This document shows positions 9,088 through 18,821 of a DNA stretch of 64,000 nt, piece by piece. Origin of the DNA: Treponemataceae bacterium (GTDB lineage Bacteria > Spirochaetota > Spirochaetia > Treponematales > Rectinemataceae); contig CAXXHO010000003.1 in NCBI GenBank assembly GCA_963667725.2, positions 2,080,001 to 2,144,000 on the forward strand, written 5' to 3'. The position numbers and the translations under genes were made by a program. Each line of letters opens with the position of its first letter. The first letter of the stretch is position 1. The notes beneath the pieces were generated by a model. The model saw only the letters and a program-made list of their open reading frames with translations, made no database searches and had not been told where the DNA came from.

Positions 9088-10008
9088 TTATTTTCCCAGA
9101 AGCTTGTCCGTGTGCCTCGTGATGGCCGCGGGATCGGCTAGATCGAGAGGAAGGATAATCTTTGTGCCAGGGGCGGCAAGACCGTTGAGAGCCTCGATAT
9201 AGGCCTCGGCTACCCTGAGCGAAGCCGCGTCGGCGCCGTTGGGAAGGGACACGGCCTTGGCAATCGTCTCGATGGACTCGGCCGTGGCCCTCGCGATCGC
9301 CAGAATCTCGGCGGCATGACCTTCCGCCTCGTTGATCGCGCGCTGCTTTTCCCCCGTGCTCTTGTTGACGGCTTCTTCCATGCTGGCCATGGAGTAGTTG
9401 ATCTTGCTCTCCATCACGCCGAGACTTTTGGCGACTTCCGCGCGCTTGTCGCGCTCCGCTTTCATCTGCAGTTCCATCGACTTGAGCACCGTGTCCGGCA
9501 CCTGGATATTCTGTATCTCATAACGCGTCACCTTGATGCCCCAGGGCGCTGCGGCCTCGTCCAGCGCCCGGACGACCGAAGCGTTGATGGCGCCGCGCTC
9601 CTCGAAGGTGCGATCGAGCTCCAGCTTGCCGATGACAGCCCTGATGGTCGTCTGGGCGAGGAATATGCAGGCGAGGCGGTAGTCCGTGACGCCGTAGCTC
9701 GCCCGCTTCGCGTCCATGACGCGAAGGTAGAGCACACCGTCCACGTGAACCTTGACGTTGTCGGCGGTAAAACACTCCTGGGAGGGCACGTCGAGGGCTT
9801 GTTCCTTGAGGGTATGCTTGTATGCCACGCGGTCGACGAAAGGCATGAGCAGATGGAATCCCGCATCGAGGCTTGAGGAATAACGTCCGAGGCGCTCGAC
9901 GATGCTTGTCGACTGGGCTGGGATGATGCGTATCGAACGGACGAGCTGGATGGCGACAAGGAGACCGAAGGCTCCCGTTATGACGAATAAAGGAAGGAGC
10001 GGGTTCAT
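9088..10008 (-). CDS. SPFH/stomatin-like (paraslipin) protein
   Basis: N-terminal TM, VERLGRY, TADNVKVHVDG, AQTTIRAVIG, WGIKVTRYEI. Confidence 0.93.
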   Translation of the reverse strand: MNPLLPLFVITGAFGLLVAIQLVRSIRIIPAQSTSIVERLGRYSSSLDAGFHLLMPFVDRVAYKHTLKEQALDVPSQECFTADNVKVHVDGVLYLRVMDAKRASYGVTDYRLACIFLAQTTIRAVIGKLELDRTFEERGAINASVVRALDEAAAPWGIKVTRYEIQNIQVPDTVLKSMELQMKAERDKRAEVAKSLGVMESKINYSMASMEEAVNKSTGEKQRAINEAEGHAAEILAIARATAESIETIAKAVSLPNGADAASLRVAEAYIEALNGLAAPGTKIILPLDLADPAAITRHTDKLLGK

Positions 10009-11015
10009 TGCGCATCTCCTTGGCGAGCTGAGCTTTTCATGCCCGCGGAACGCGTCGCCATCGCCATCTCCCTCGCGCGGTCCGACGCGGGTAGCGAAGG
10101 CAGGAGCTCAGCCTTCTGCAAGCCGAGAATATCTGCCAGGCCGCGAAGCTCGGCCAGTTTTTCCGGAAGGACCTGCGTGCTCGCCGAACCCAGGATACGT
10201 TCGAGTCTATCGATGTACTGATCCGCGAGGCGCAGCGTCATCGCCGACTTGCCCCCGGGAGAGGAAAGCGCCCTGGCGATAAGCCCCAGCCCCTCGGCTG
10301 TCGCGTCGCTCACTATCTTGATCGCGCTGGCCTTGCCGTCCGCTTTATTGATCGTGCGCGTCCTTTCGCCGAGCGAAATGTTGATCGCTTCCTCGCGTTC
10401 GCCTTTGGAGACATTGATGCGGCTTTCCTTCACGCCCTCGCTGGCGAGAATCTCGGCACGTTTTTCCCGCTCCGCTCGCATCTGCCTTTCCATGGCTTCC
10501 GTGATGACCTCGCTCGGCGTTATGGAGCGAACCTCATAGCGCGTAACTTTGATGCCCCAGGGATCGGTCGCCTCGTCCACAGCCTTCACGATATTGTCAT
10601 TGATGACCTCTCGCTCGGCGAAGCTCTTGTCGAGCTCGATCTTGCCGATCTCGGAGCGCATCGTCGTCTTGGCGAGCTGGACGGTGGCGAAGCGATAATC
10701 GTCTATGCCATAGCTCGCGAGGACGGGGTCGAAAATCTTGTAGTAAAGGATGCCGTCGACCGTTACCTGGACGTTGTCCGATGTTATGCATACCTGCGGC
10801 TCCACGTCGATCACGTCCTCCTTGAGCTGATGCCTGTAGGCAACCCGCTCCACGAAGGGTATGCGGAGATGAAGGCCCGAACCGAGGGTCTTACGGTACT
10901 TGCCGAGCATCTCCACGACATAGGCTTTCTGCTCGGGCACGATGACGATGAAACGGAAGAGCGCCAGGACCGCCGCCAAGGCAAGGGCATAAGCGAGAAT
11001 GATACCGACCATCAC
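10005..11015 (-). CDS. SPFH/stomatin-like (paraslipin) protein
   Basis: ITSDNVQVTVDG, LAKTTMRSEIG, WGIKVTRYEV, MERQMRAEREKRA. Confidence 0.93.
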   Translation of the reverse strand: MMVGIILAYALALAAVLALFRFIVIVPEQKAYVVEMLGKYRKTLGSGLHLRIPFVERVAYRHQLKEDVIDVEPQVCITSDNVQVTVDGILYYKIFDPVLASYGIDDYRFATVQLAKTTMRSEIGKIELDKSFAEREVINDNIVKAVDEATDPWGIKVTRYEVRSITPSEVITEAMERQMRAEREKRAEILASEGVKESRINVSKGEREEAINISLGERTRTINKADGKASAIKIVSDATAEGLGLIARALSSPGGKSAMTLRLADQYIDRLERILGSASTQVLPEKLAELRGLADILGLQKAELLPSLPASDRAREMAMATRSAGMKSSARQGDAQ

Positions 11016-11533
11016 CGATCCTCCTTGATATCTGCCGCGTTCGCGGAATCCTTGTCGAGCAATCGCGGCCCCTCCTCGTTCGGGTCGAGGAAGTCCTTGG
11101 TAACGACGAGGCTCAAGCCTTCGCGCGAGACGACTCTCACAGTCCGCCCGGGCTCAAGCGTCTCGAGATATGAGACTGCCCTCCAACTGGTACCATGAAA
11201 GCGAACGCGCCCCGGAGAATCGGGGCCGATCCGCTCCGTCACCTCGGCCGCCTCGCCTGATAGCGACTCGATCTCCTCGCCCTCGCGATAAAAAGCCGTG
11301 CCCTTCAGGAGCCGCTTGAAACGCTTACGGAGGAAGATTAAGGACATAAGGCTCGAAACTGTCCAGAAAAGAGCCTGTATCGCGGGGCTGGAGGCAAAAG
11401 GAGGCAGAACGCAGAGTATGGAGGTCGCGATGGCTCCCAGTCCGAAAAAGATGATGGCGATGCCGGGGATGAAGGTTTCGGCGCCGACGAGGGCAAAGCC
11501 GAGGAGAGCCCACCAAAACCAGGGACCGAACAT
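11012..11533 (-). CDS. NfeD-family membrane protein
   Basis: TM helices then OB-fold GRVRFHGTSWRA; GGAGG SD before ATG 11533; typical SPFH partner. Confidence 0.88.
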   Translation of the reverse strand: MFGPWFWWALLGFALVGAETFIPGIAIIFFGLGAIATSILCVLPPFASSPAIQALFWTVSSLMSLIFLRKRFKRLLKGTAFYREGEEIESLSGEAAEVTERIGPDSPGRVRFHGTSWRAVSYLETLEPGRTVRVVSREGLSLVVTKDFLDPNEEGPRLLDKDSANAADIKEDR

Positions 11534-11583
11534 AGACGAATGCCTCCAAAACCACAAAAAGCCCGCGTGTTTCCAGTGATAAC

Positions 11584-11612
11584 AAGATACGCGCGGCTGT
11601 CCCGCCGGTCAA
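11584..11612 (-). promoter_or_regulatory. Sigma70-type promoter of the nfeD-SPFH operon
   Basis: TTGACC-N17-TATCTT. Confidence 0.6.
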
Positions 11613-11649
11613 GTTGCCGACATCATCCGGCCTTTCCCTACGGCCTCCC

Positions 11650-11678
11650 TTGACCGGGAAGTCGGGGCTCCTTACGCT
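11650..11678 (+). promoter_or_regulatory. Sigma70-type promoter of SDR gene (leaderless geometry)
   Basis: TTGACC-N17-TACGCT, 6 nt before ATG 11685, no SD. Confidence 0.6.
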
Positions 11679-11684
11679 TCCGGC

Positions 11685-12488
11685 ATGAACACATACCCTC
11701 TCCGCGGCAAAGTAGTGTGGATCACGGGAGCCTCCTCGGGAATAGGCGAGGCTATGGCGCAGGAGGCGGCGCGGCGCGGCGCCCTCCTCATCCTGTCGGG
11801 GCGCGGCGAAAAAGCGCTCGAGGCGGTTGCCGCCGCCTGTCCTGCCGGCTCGGCCGCCGTGCTGGCCTTCGACCTGGCCGACAAGGCGCGGCGGCGGGAA
11901 GCGGCGGCCAAGGCGACCTCCCTTTTCGGCCGCGTCGATTGCCTCATCCTCAACGCTGGAGTCAGCCAACGTTCCCGCTTCGAAAACAGCTCCCCTGAAG
12001 TCTTCGACCTGATCATGGAGACCAATTTCGCGGCATCCGTCGACCTGACCCGGATATTGCTCCCCGAAATGACGAAAAGGAATTCGGGATACGTCGTCTG
12101 CGTCTCAAGCGTGGCCGGCCTCATGGGCGCGCCTTGGCGCACGGCCTATTCGGCCTCGAAACACGCGCTCGGCGGATTTTTCGCTTCGCTGAGGGCTGAA
12201 CTTCAAGGGAAAAAGATTCAGATAACCATGGTATTCCCCGGATTCGTGCGCACCAATATTTCGATCAACGCCCTGGACGGCGACGGCGGAAAACACGGCA
12301 TTCTCGATCCCCTGCAGAAAAATGGCCAGGATCCAGCGGCTGCCGCCCGCATCATCCTCGACGGAATCGAAGGCGGAAAAGCGGAGATCAAGGTTGCCTT
12401 CGACGCCAAAGCCAGGCTCGGTCTTTTCCTTTCGCGGCACTTCCCCGCCCTTTTCGCGAAAACCATAGCCCGACAGGGCGGACTTTAA
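11685..12488 (+). CDS. SDR-family oxidoreductase
   Basis: ITGASSGIG, LNAG, SSVAG, YSASK catalytic motif, PGFVRT. Confidence 0.95.
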   Translation: MNTYPLRGKVVWITGASSGIGEAMAQEAARRGALLILSGRGEKALEAVAAACPAGSAAVLAFDLADKARRREAAAKATSLFGRVDCLILNAGVSQRSRFENSSPEVFDLIMETNFAASVDLTRILLPEMTKRNSGYVVCVSSVAGLMGAPWRTAYSASKHALGGFFASLRAELQGKKIQITMVFPGFVRTNISINALDGDGGKHGILDPLQKNGQDPAAAARIILDGIEGGKAEIKVAFDAKARLGLFLSRHFPALFAKTIARQGGL

Positions 12489-12582
12489 AGCATGAGACAG
12501 CCATGACCTTCATCGAACGCTGAATCGCTCCCGATCTTCCCGCTGGCGTCTTCTCAGGTTATAGTGACGCAGGGAGTATGCA

Positions 12583-13914
12583 ATGCCAGATTTCACCATT
12601 GAGACGCTGGGAAATTGTTCGCTCGGTTCGCCCATCGGATTGTCGACGACCATGGGCGATGGCGTTCCCAACTTCGTTTCCGAAAACCGGCTCATCCGCT
12701 ACAGAATAGACGCGATGCCGGGCGATCAGCCCCCAGTCGAGAGGAAGGACCTTCTCGAACTCGCGGGACCAAGACAGAAAACCTACTTCAGCCCTTCCCA
12801 TGTCCATGCGGGCATCATCACCTGCGGCGGCCTTTGTCCGGGACTCAACGATGTCATAAGAGCTATCGTCCGCAGCCTCTGGTACCTCTACGGAGTGCGC
12901 CGCGTCACCGGCATCCGTTACGGCTACAAGGGCCTGCTCCCCGACTACGGCTACGACGTCGTTCACCTCAGCCCGGAAGTCGTGGATGACATCCATAAAA
13001 TCGGGGGAACCCTGCTCGGCACTTCGCGCGGCGGCGGGGAACGCAGCTCGGATATCGTCGACACGATTGAACAGCTGAACCTGAATATCCTTTTCGCCAT
13101 CGGCGGCGACGGCACGCAGAAGGGAGCACTCGCCATAGCCAGGGAAATCGAAAAACGCCACCTCAAGATCGCCATAATTGGAATCCCGAAGACGGTGGAC
13201 AACGACATCGAGTTCGTCGAAAAAACCTTCGGGTTCGATACAGCCGTGGTCAAGGCATCGGAAGCGGTGGCGGCCGCCCATATGGAAGCCCATTCACAGA
13301 TCAACGGCATCGGCCTTGTCAGGCTCATGGGACGCGATTCCGGATTCATAGCGGTCCATACCGTGCTTGCCGTTCACGAAGCCAATTTCGTCCTCATACC
13401 TGAAGTTCCTTTCGATCTGGAAGGTCCCTCCGGACTCCTCGCCGCCATCGAACGAAGACTCGAGAGGAGAGGCCACGCCGTCATCGTCGTGGCCGAAGGA
13501 GCGGGCCAGGAACTCTTCGCCGGACAGACGGGCGCCGACGCTTCCGGAAACAAGAAGTTATGCGATATCGGACTTCTTCTCAAAGAAAAAATTCAAGAGT
13601 ATTTCGACGCGAGAAAAATGGAAATAAACCTCAAATACATAGACCCCAGCTACATGATACGGTCCGCCACCGCAGAACCCATAGACTCCATGTACTGCGA
13701 GCGGCTCGGCAACAATGCCGTCCACGCCGCCATGGCGGGCAAGACGAAACTCATCATCGGCCTCGTCAACAACGAATTCGTCCACATTCCCATGGAGGAA
13801 GCGATTTCCAGGCGGAAGCTTGTCGACCCCGAAGGCAGCCTCTGGAGGGACGCGGTGGAAGCGACCCAGCAGCCGCTGAGCATGAAAAACCAGGACGCGG
13901 GACTAAAGCCATGA
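12583..13914 (+). CDS. pfkA: ATP-dependent 6-phosphofructokinase (group X type)
   Basis: [57 protein letters not shown]. Confidence 0.93.
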   Translation: MPDFTIETLGNCSLGSPIGLSTTMGDGVPNFVSENRLIRYRIDAMPGDQPPVERKDLLELAGPRQKTYFSPSHVHAGIITCGGLCPGLNDVIRAIVRSLWYLYGVRRVTGIRYGYKGLLPDYGYDVVHLSPEVVDDIHKIGGTLLGTSRGGGERSSDIVDTIEQLNLNILFAIGGDGTQKGALAIAREIEKRHLKIAIIGIPKTVDNDIEFVEKTFGFDTAVVKASEAVAAAHMEAHSQINGIGLVRLMGRDSGFIAVHTVLAVHEANFVLIPEVPFDLEGPSGLLAAIERRLERRGHAVIVVAEGAGQELFAGQTGADASGNKKLCDIGLLLKEKIQEYFDARKMEINLKYIDPSYMIRSATAEPIDSMYCERLGNNAVHAAMAGKTKLIIGLVNNEFVHIPMEEAISRRKLVDPEGSLWRDAVEATQQPLSMKNQDAGLKP

Positions 13915-15821
13915 ATAAACCTACTCCGACACAGAGACCGGCCGGAGCCGCCGCGGCAAAAGCGATCGTCGTCGGCGCCGGCCTTTCCGGGCTTACCGCC
14001 GCGGCCCTCCTCGCGGAGCGTGGGCTCGACGTCACCGTCGTCGAACATCGCGACCGGCCGGGCGGCGCCGCTTCAGCCTTCCGCCGCGGAGACATCACCT
14101 TCGACATCGGCGCCGCCATGATGTTCGGTTTCGGCGAGCGGGGCTTCAATCCCCACAACTGGCTCATGACCGAGCTGGGCGAGCCCATCGACCTGTACAG
14201 GCACGAAGCCATGTACATGCTCTTTTACGGCGACAGCCCCATCACCTTCCATGCCGACAGGGAACTCTTTATCCGCGAATTGGAGGGTTTGTTCCCTCTG
14301 GCGGGAGGGGAGATCAGAGCCTTCTACGACTACATAGGCGGCCTTTACGAGAAAGTCATCGCGCCGGTAAGCGTTTTCGAGGCGCCCAACGACATGCCTC
14401 TCTCCGAAATGCGCCGGAACGCGAAAAACAGCCTCAAGGCTCAGCTCACCATGATCGGGCTACTCTTCCGGAACGCCGAATCCATCATGAGCCCCTTCAT
14501 TCGCGATCCCCAGGCAAGGGCTTTCTTTGACAAACTCACCTCGACTTATTGCTACACAACAATCAAGGAGACGCCGGCCATCCTCGCCGCGACCATGTTC
14601 ATAGACAACCATGTGGGCGGCGCCTATTATCCGGCAGGCTCGGCGATGGCCCTTAGCGCGCGCCTCGAAAAGGCGATCGAGGCGAGGGGCGGCCGCTTCC
14701 TCTACAAAACCAAGGCGAAGAAAATCCTGGGCCAAGCCGGCAGGATCACGGGCATCGCGACGGAGAGCGGCGAGGAACTCCACGCCGATCTCGTGCTTTT
14801 CGCGGGCTCATTAAGGGCCTTCGCGGGGTCCATAGACCCCGACAATCTCCTTCCCCGGCGCTGGAAAGAAAAGATACTGAGACTCGAGATGACCATGCCG
14901 AGCTTTGTCGTCTACGGCACCGTTAAAAAAGCTGCGCTTCCTGCGGACGCCATGCCCGTGCAGATGTTCGTCGACAACAGGGAAGCGCTCGACGAGGGCG
15001 ATGTGACTCTCTACCTTCCTTCGCTCGAAGACCCCTCCCTCGCCCCGCCCGAACTCTCCACCTTCCTCATCATAGGCCCTTCGATGAGGCCATGGCCCGA
15101 GCCCATGTCTCCCGGCTACGACGGTGAAGCCTATCTGTTGGCGAAAAAAGCCGAGGCTGACAGGATGCTCGCCCTCGTCGAGCGCCGGATGCCGGGCTTC
15201 GTGGCGGGAATAGAGGGAAGGATCGAGGCGAGTCCCACCACGATCTGGCGATATCTGGGAAAAACCGGCGGCAGCGTCGCCGGACCCAAACAGAAAATGG
15301 GCCAGCATCTTCTCCTCCGCCAAGGCTCCCGCGGTCCGGTTCCGGGTCTCTACTTCGCCGGCGAGTCCACAGTGATGGGCACGGGTACGCCGGCAGTGAC
15401 CGTTTCGGGCATTTCGGCGGCCAACAGGATACTGCGCACGCTGGGACTCCAGGCCTTTTCGTCGGGCAAAAAGGCGGTATCGTCAGTGCGGATCATCCCG
15501 AAGGGGAGCAGGGGCAACCTGCCTGTCGGCGAGGCGGCCGCGCTTTCATCGCGGTGCCGGTGGTGCGAAAAGGCGCCCTGCGCGGCCGCCTGCCCCGCCC
15601 GCTTCGACATTCCGGGCATCATGCGCAGGATGGAAGCGAACAACGTCGTGGGAGCCCGCAGGCAACTAGCCGATTCCGCCGGGACCAGAACATTGGCCGT
15701 AAGCTGCGCCGACTGCGCCGCCGATATAAAAAAAAGGCCGCCTTGCGAGGCGGCCTGCATAAGAAAAAATAGCGCGGAAGGACCCGTGTCGATTTCGCGT
15801 ATTATCGCGTCTTTGTCTTGA
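13911..15821 (+). CDS. Phytoene-desaturase/CrtH-family FAD oxidoreductase with C-terminal 8-Cys Fe-S domain
   Basis: [47 protein letters not shown]-terminal [15 protein letters not shown]...CADC...CEAAC; ATGA overlap with pfk stop. Confidence 0.8.
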   Translation: MNKPTPTQRPAGAAAAKAIVVGAGLSGLTAAALLAERGLDVTVVEHRDRPGGAASAFRRGDITFDIGAAMMFGFGERGFNPHNWLMTELGEPIDLYRHEAMYMLFYGDSPITFHADRELFIRELEGLFPLAGGEIRAFYDYIGGLYEKVIAPVSVFEAPNDMPLSEMRRNAKNSLKAQLTMIGLLFRNAESIMSPFIRDPQARAFFDKLTSTYCYTTIKETPAILAATMFIDNHVGGAYYPAGSAMALSARLEKAIEARGGRFLYKTKAKKILGQAGRITGIATESGEELHADLVLFAGSLRAFAGSIDPDNLLPRRWKEKILRLEMTMPSFVVYGTVKKAALPADAMPVQMFVDNREALDEGDVTLYLPSLEDPSLAPPELSTFLIIGPSMRPWPEPMSPGYDGEAYLLAKKAEADRMLALVERRMPGFVAGIEGRIEASPTTIWRYLGKTGGSVAGPKQKMGQHLLLRQGSRGPVPGLYFAGESTVMGTGTPAVTVSGISAANRILRTLGLQAFSSGKKAVSSVRIIPKGSRGNLPVGEAAALSSRCRWCEKAPCAAACPARFDIPGIMRRMEANNVVGARRQLADSAGTRTLAVSCADCAADIKKRPPCEAACIRKNSAEGPVSISRIIASLS

Positions 15822-16572
15822 GGCGAAGATAAACCTGTTTGCCGGAATCGGTAGGGCTCGCCCTCTCGTCGATCTCGAAAAGGCCCGAAGCCTTTATGAG
15901 GTCGCCCAGCTTCCTGAAGCCATAGTTGCGGGGGTCGAATTCGGGCTGCCTGTTCGCGATATAGGTGCCGACGGCGCCGAGGTAAGCCCAGCCGAATTCG
16001 TCGGCCGCGTCCTCGACGGCGCTTTCCAGCAGGGCTTTCATCCTGCGGTCCGTCTTGATGTCGCTCTGGCTCTGGGTCCGGGACTGCGCGTCCTTTTCCT
16101 TCGTGGCTTCCTTTTCCCCTTCATCCTCGCGCAGAATTTCGGTGTAGATGAACTTGTCGCAGGCTGCCACGAAGGGCTTCGGCGTCTTGCGCTGCCCGAA
16201 GCCAAGAACCAGTTTCCCGTCCTCCCTGAGCCTCGCCGCCAGCCTCGTGAAATCGGAATCGCTCGACACGACGCAGAATCCGTCCAGGCTTTCGGTGTAG
16301 AGAAGATCCATGGCATCGATGATCATCGCGCTGTCCGTGGAATTCTTTCCCTGCGTGTAGGAAAACTGCTGCACGGGCTGGATGGCGAACTCGAGGAGCT
16401 TATCCTTCCAGGAACGCAGGTTCGTGTTGGTCCAGTCGCCGTAGATTCTCTTGACGCTGGCCACGCCGTATTTGGCCACTTCGGCCAGAAGGCCTTCTAT
16501 GATCTTGGCCTGCGTATTGTCCGCGTCTATGAGTACCGCCAGCTTAAGCTGGCTCTGTTCGCTTTTCATCAT
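15802..16572 (-). CDS. NYN (LabA/DUF88) domain protein with OST-HTH/LOTUS domain
   Basis: LAVLIDADN, KRIYGDW, GKNSTDSAMIIDAMD, VSSDSDFTRL, FDPRNYGFRKLGDL; ATGA overlap with upstream stop. Confidence 0.92.
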   Translation of the reverse strand: MMKSEQSQLKLAVLIDADNTQAKIIEGLLAEVAKYGVASVKRIYGDWTNTNLRSWKDKLLEFAIQPVQQFSYTQGKNSTDSAMIIDAMDLLYTESLDGFCVVSSDSDFTRLAARLREDGKLVLGFGQRKTPKPFVAACDKFIYTEILREDEGEKEATKEKDAQSRTQSQSDIKTDRRMKALLESAVEDAADEFGWAYLGAVGTYIANRQPEFDPRNYGFRKLGDLIKASGLFEIDERASPTDSGKQVYLRLKTKTR

Positions 16573-18821
16573 TCTTCTCCTAAAAGGAAGCCTTTGTGCA
16601 GGCTGACCTGCATTACCGAACCGACCCGGATCGAAATGGGGGCGCCGCTCGCCACGTCCTCTCCCTCGAGCACGTAGTCCTTCTCGGTTTTCCGAAGGTT
16701 CACCGGCCTTACGGCCACGGTTCTTATCTCGCCATCGATCGCCCATCGTATATCGAGCCTTGAATACTTGGCTTTGAGGGCGGCCTGGATGACGCGCACT
16801 TTTCCGTTGAAATCCAGTCCGCGCGCGGAAAGCCCGGCTTCGGAATACCTCGCGACATGGCCCGTTTTGGAGTCAGCGGTTTCCGATCCAACCATAGCAT
16901 GGAGTTGGGGAAGGGTATAGATCAGTTTTCGCTTCAGCCTTTCCTCCAGTCTTTTCCTGAATTCGGGCGTGATGGGAAGCCTATTTATTTCAGAGACCAG
17001 AACAGGTTCCGGGTCTATGGCTTCATCGGCCGCGAAGGCCAATGTGCCCGGCTCGGCGAAATCCATAGTCGCCCCTAGATTCCCGAAATCGGTCTCTGTA
17101 ACCGCGTCATGCGCTTCGCGCGCGGTGTCGTAATGTGTGGTGTCGTTATGCGCCAGGTCGCCCTGCGCCGCGTCGCCGCGCGCCGCCTCGCCAGCATGGG
17201 CAGGAGTGCCCCCCGCGCCTCCCGGCGCGCGGCGGTTCTTCCCCGAAGCCGCCTTCGCCGAGCTGCGCATCGCCGGCGGAGGCAAGCCTATATCGACCAG
17301 GGCCTTCTCGATGATCGAAGCCTGGATCGTTCCGAAAAAATAAATCCCCTCGCCCAGCATCTCGTGGGGAAACCGCGAAAGCGTCCCGCTCTGCTCGATG
17401 ATCTTGGCCGAACTTTTGTCGGCCGAAAGCACATACCCGCGGAAAAGCCTTATGGAATTATACTCCTCTTCCCAGGCGCGGATATCGAAGCTTAAGGCTT
17501 GGGGAACAGGCATGCCGCTCATCCTTCCAAGCATTCGCTCGATATCCTCTATGGACCGGCCGGAGGCGAAGGCCCTCCTGATCGAAGCGCGCGTCAAGGT
17601 AATTTCCCAGGCTCCCGACGCGGCGACAAGTATTCCAATATCGAGCAACGCGACGATATCGCGTATCGAAGCGGAGGGCAGGATATGAATAAGACCGGAA
17701 CCATCGACGGAGATCGCGGCATGGGCGTCCTCGGAAGTTATGCGCCATTGAACCGACAACCTCTCGGGTACGCACTGGAGCCCGTCTTCCCTTTCCTCAA
17801 GGAGGCCGAAAGTCCTGAGGGCAGTCGCGACGGCCTCGGAAAATTCATCGGAAACGTTGCCATCCGGCAGAAGGCGAATGAACCTGCCAAGCCCCGAAGG
17901 CGAGAAGGAAAAACGCTTCCCGAAGAAAGGAGCGAAGGAATGAGCGAGCATGCCGCTCTGCGTGGCGCCCGGATTGCCGGCCGTCAGACCGACGAGGGCA
18001 AAAGCGAAATCGCCGGAATGCGAAACGAGCAGTTCGGAAAAAGCCTTGAAATCCGCTGACATCCCATGCTCGTCCCTCGAGGCGATCTTCGCGGCCAGAA
18101 GCGCGTGGATAATCGCTTCCACGATGCCGGCGCCGGCCGGATCCCCCGGAAAAAGAAGCGAGAGCCTCTTCCTTGCGCGAATCGAGAGCTGGCCGCTCTT
18201 CAGGAGAATATCGCGGTACTCCTTGAGAAGGGCATAGGCTATAAGCCCCAAATCCTGCACCGAAAGCAGCGCGGGCGGCGGCCCCTCGCGGAGGAACTCC
18301 CGCGCCTCGGCGGCTTTCCCCGACTCGGCCTCCTCCGTATCGCCCCCCCCCATCGGCCGCTCCCCTGAATCGTTTCCGAAGAGAATATCGGCGCGCGCCG
18401 CGCCCGCCCGCGCGGCCGCGGAAAAGAAAGGATTCACCGCGTAGATATTTTCCTTCACGCTGAAAATGAGCAGACGCTCGCCCAGGTTCGCCAGCCTGTA
18501 GTCCAGCTCATGGTAGGAAACCTCCCCCGCGAGGCTTTTCTGCAGCAGAAGCCTGTCGGCCTCGCCGGCCACGTAAATCGTTCCGACAATAAGCTTGTCG
18601 AGCCTGTCCATCATGGCCACGGCGGCGCGCTGGACCTCGGGAGCCGACAGCATGGCGCCCAGGCTGCTGACAATCTTTTCCTTGTCGGCCGCGACGCGTT
18701 CGCTCTGTCCCAGATAATTGCGGGCGAGCCCCTGGAGCCGGCCCGCGTTGTCGTTGAGCATCGTCTCGCGCCACTGCGCGATCCACATTTCATTCATAGT
18801 ATCGATATTCACTATTTTCAC
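16569..18821 (-). CDS. XPB-associated protein (Helicase_C_3-like domain, possible WYL-like C-terminus)
   Basis: ITLTRASIRRAFASG..IERMLGRMSGMPVPQALSFDIRAW matches the helicase-associated domain; GTGA overlap with XPB stop. Confidence 0.7.
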   Translation of the reverse strand: MKIVNIDTMNEMWIAQWRETMLNDNAGRLQGLARNYLGQSERVAADKEKIVSSLGAMLSAPEVQRAAVAMMDRLDKLIVGTIYVAGEADRLLLQKSLAGEVSYHELDYRLANLGERLLIFSVKENIYAVNPFFSAAARAGAARADILFGNDSGERPMGGGDTEEAESGKAAEAREFLREGPPPALLSVQDLGLIAYALLKEYRDILLKSGQLSIRARKRLSLLFPGDPAGAGIVEAIIHALLAAKIASRDEHGMSADFKAFSELLVSHSGDFAFALVGLTAGNPGATQSGMLAHSFAPFFGKRFSFSPSGLGRFIRLLPDGNVSDEFSEAVATALRTFGLLEEREDGLQCVPERLSVQWRITSEDAHAAISVDGSGLIHILPSASIRDIVALLDIGILVAASGAWEITLTRASIRRAFASGRSIEDIERMLGRMSGMPVPQALSFDIRAWEEEYNSIRLFRGYVLSADKSSAKIIEQSGTLSRFPHEMLGEGIYFFGTIQASIIEKALVDIGLPPPAMRSSAKAASGKNRRAPGGAGGTPAHAGEAARGDAAQGDLAHNDTTHYDTAREAHDAVTETDFGNLGATMDFAEPGTLAFAADEAIDPEPVLVSEINRLPITPEFRKRLEERLKRKLIYTLPQLHAMVGSETADSKTGHVARYSEAGLSARGLDFNGKVRVIQAALKAKYSRLDIRWAIDGEIRTVAVRPVNLRKTEKDYVLEGEDVASGAPISIRVGSVMQVSLHKGFLLGEE
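17118..17192. repeat. Five degenerate 15-bp tandem units inside the XPB-associated gene
   Basis: gcgcgcggtgtcgta / atgtgtggtgtcgtt / atgcgccaggtcgcc / ctgcgccgcgtcgcc / gcgcgccgcctcgcc. Confidence 0.7.

Noticed and set aside
13560..13910. 117-aa N-terminal extension of the CrtH-like ORF
   Set aside because: Overlaps pfk in another frame; the ATGA-coupled start at 13911 fits better
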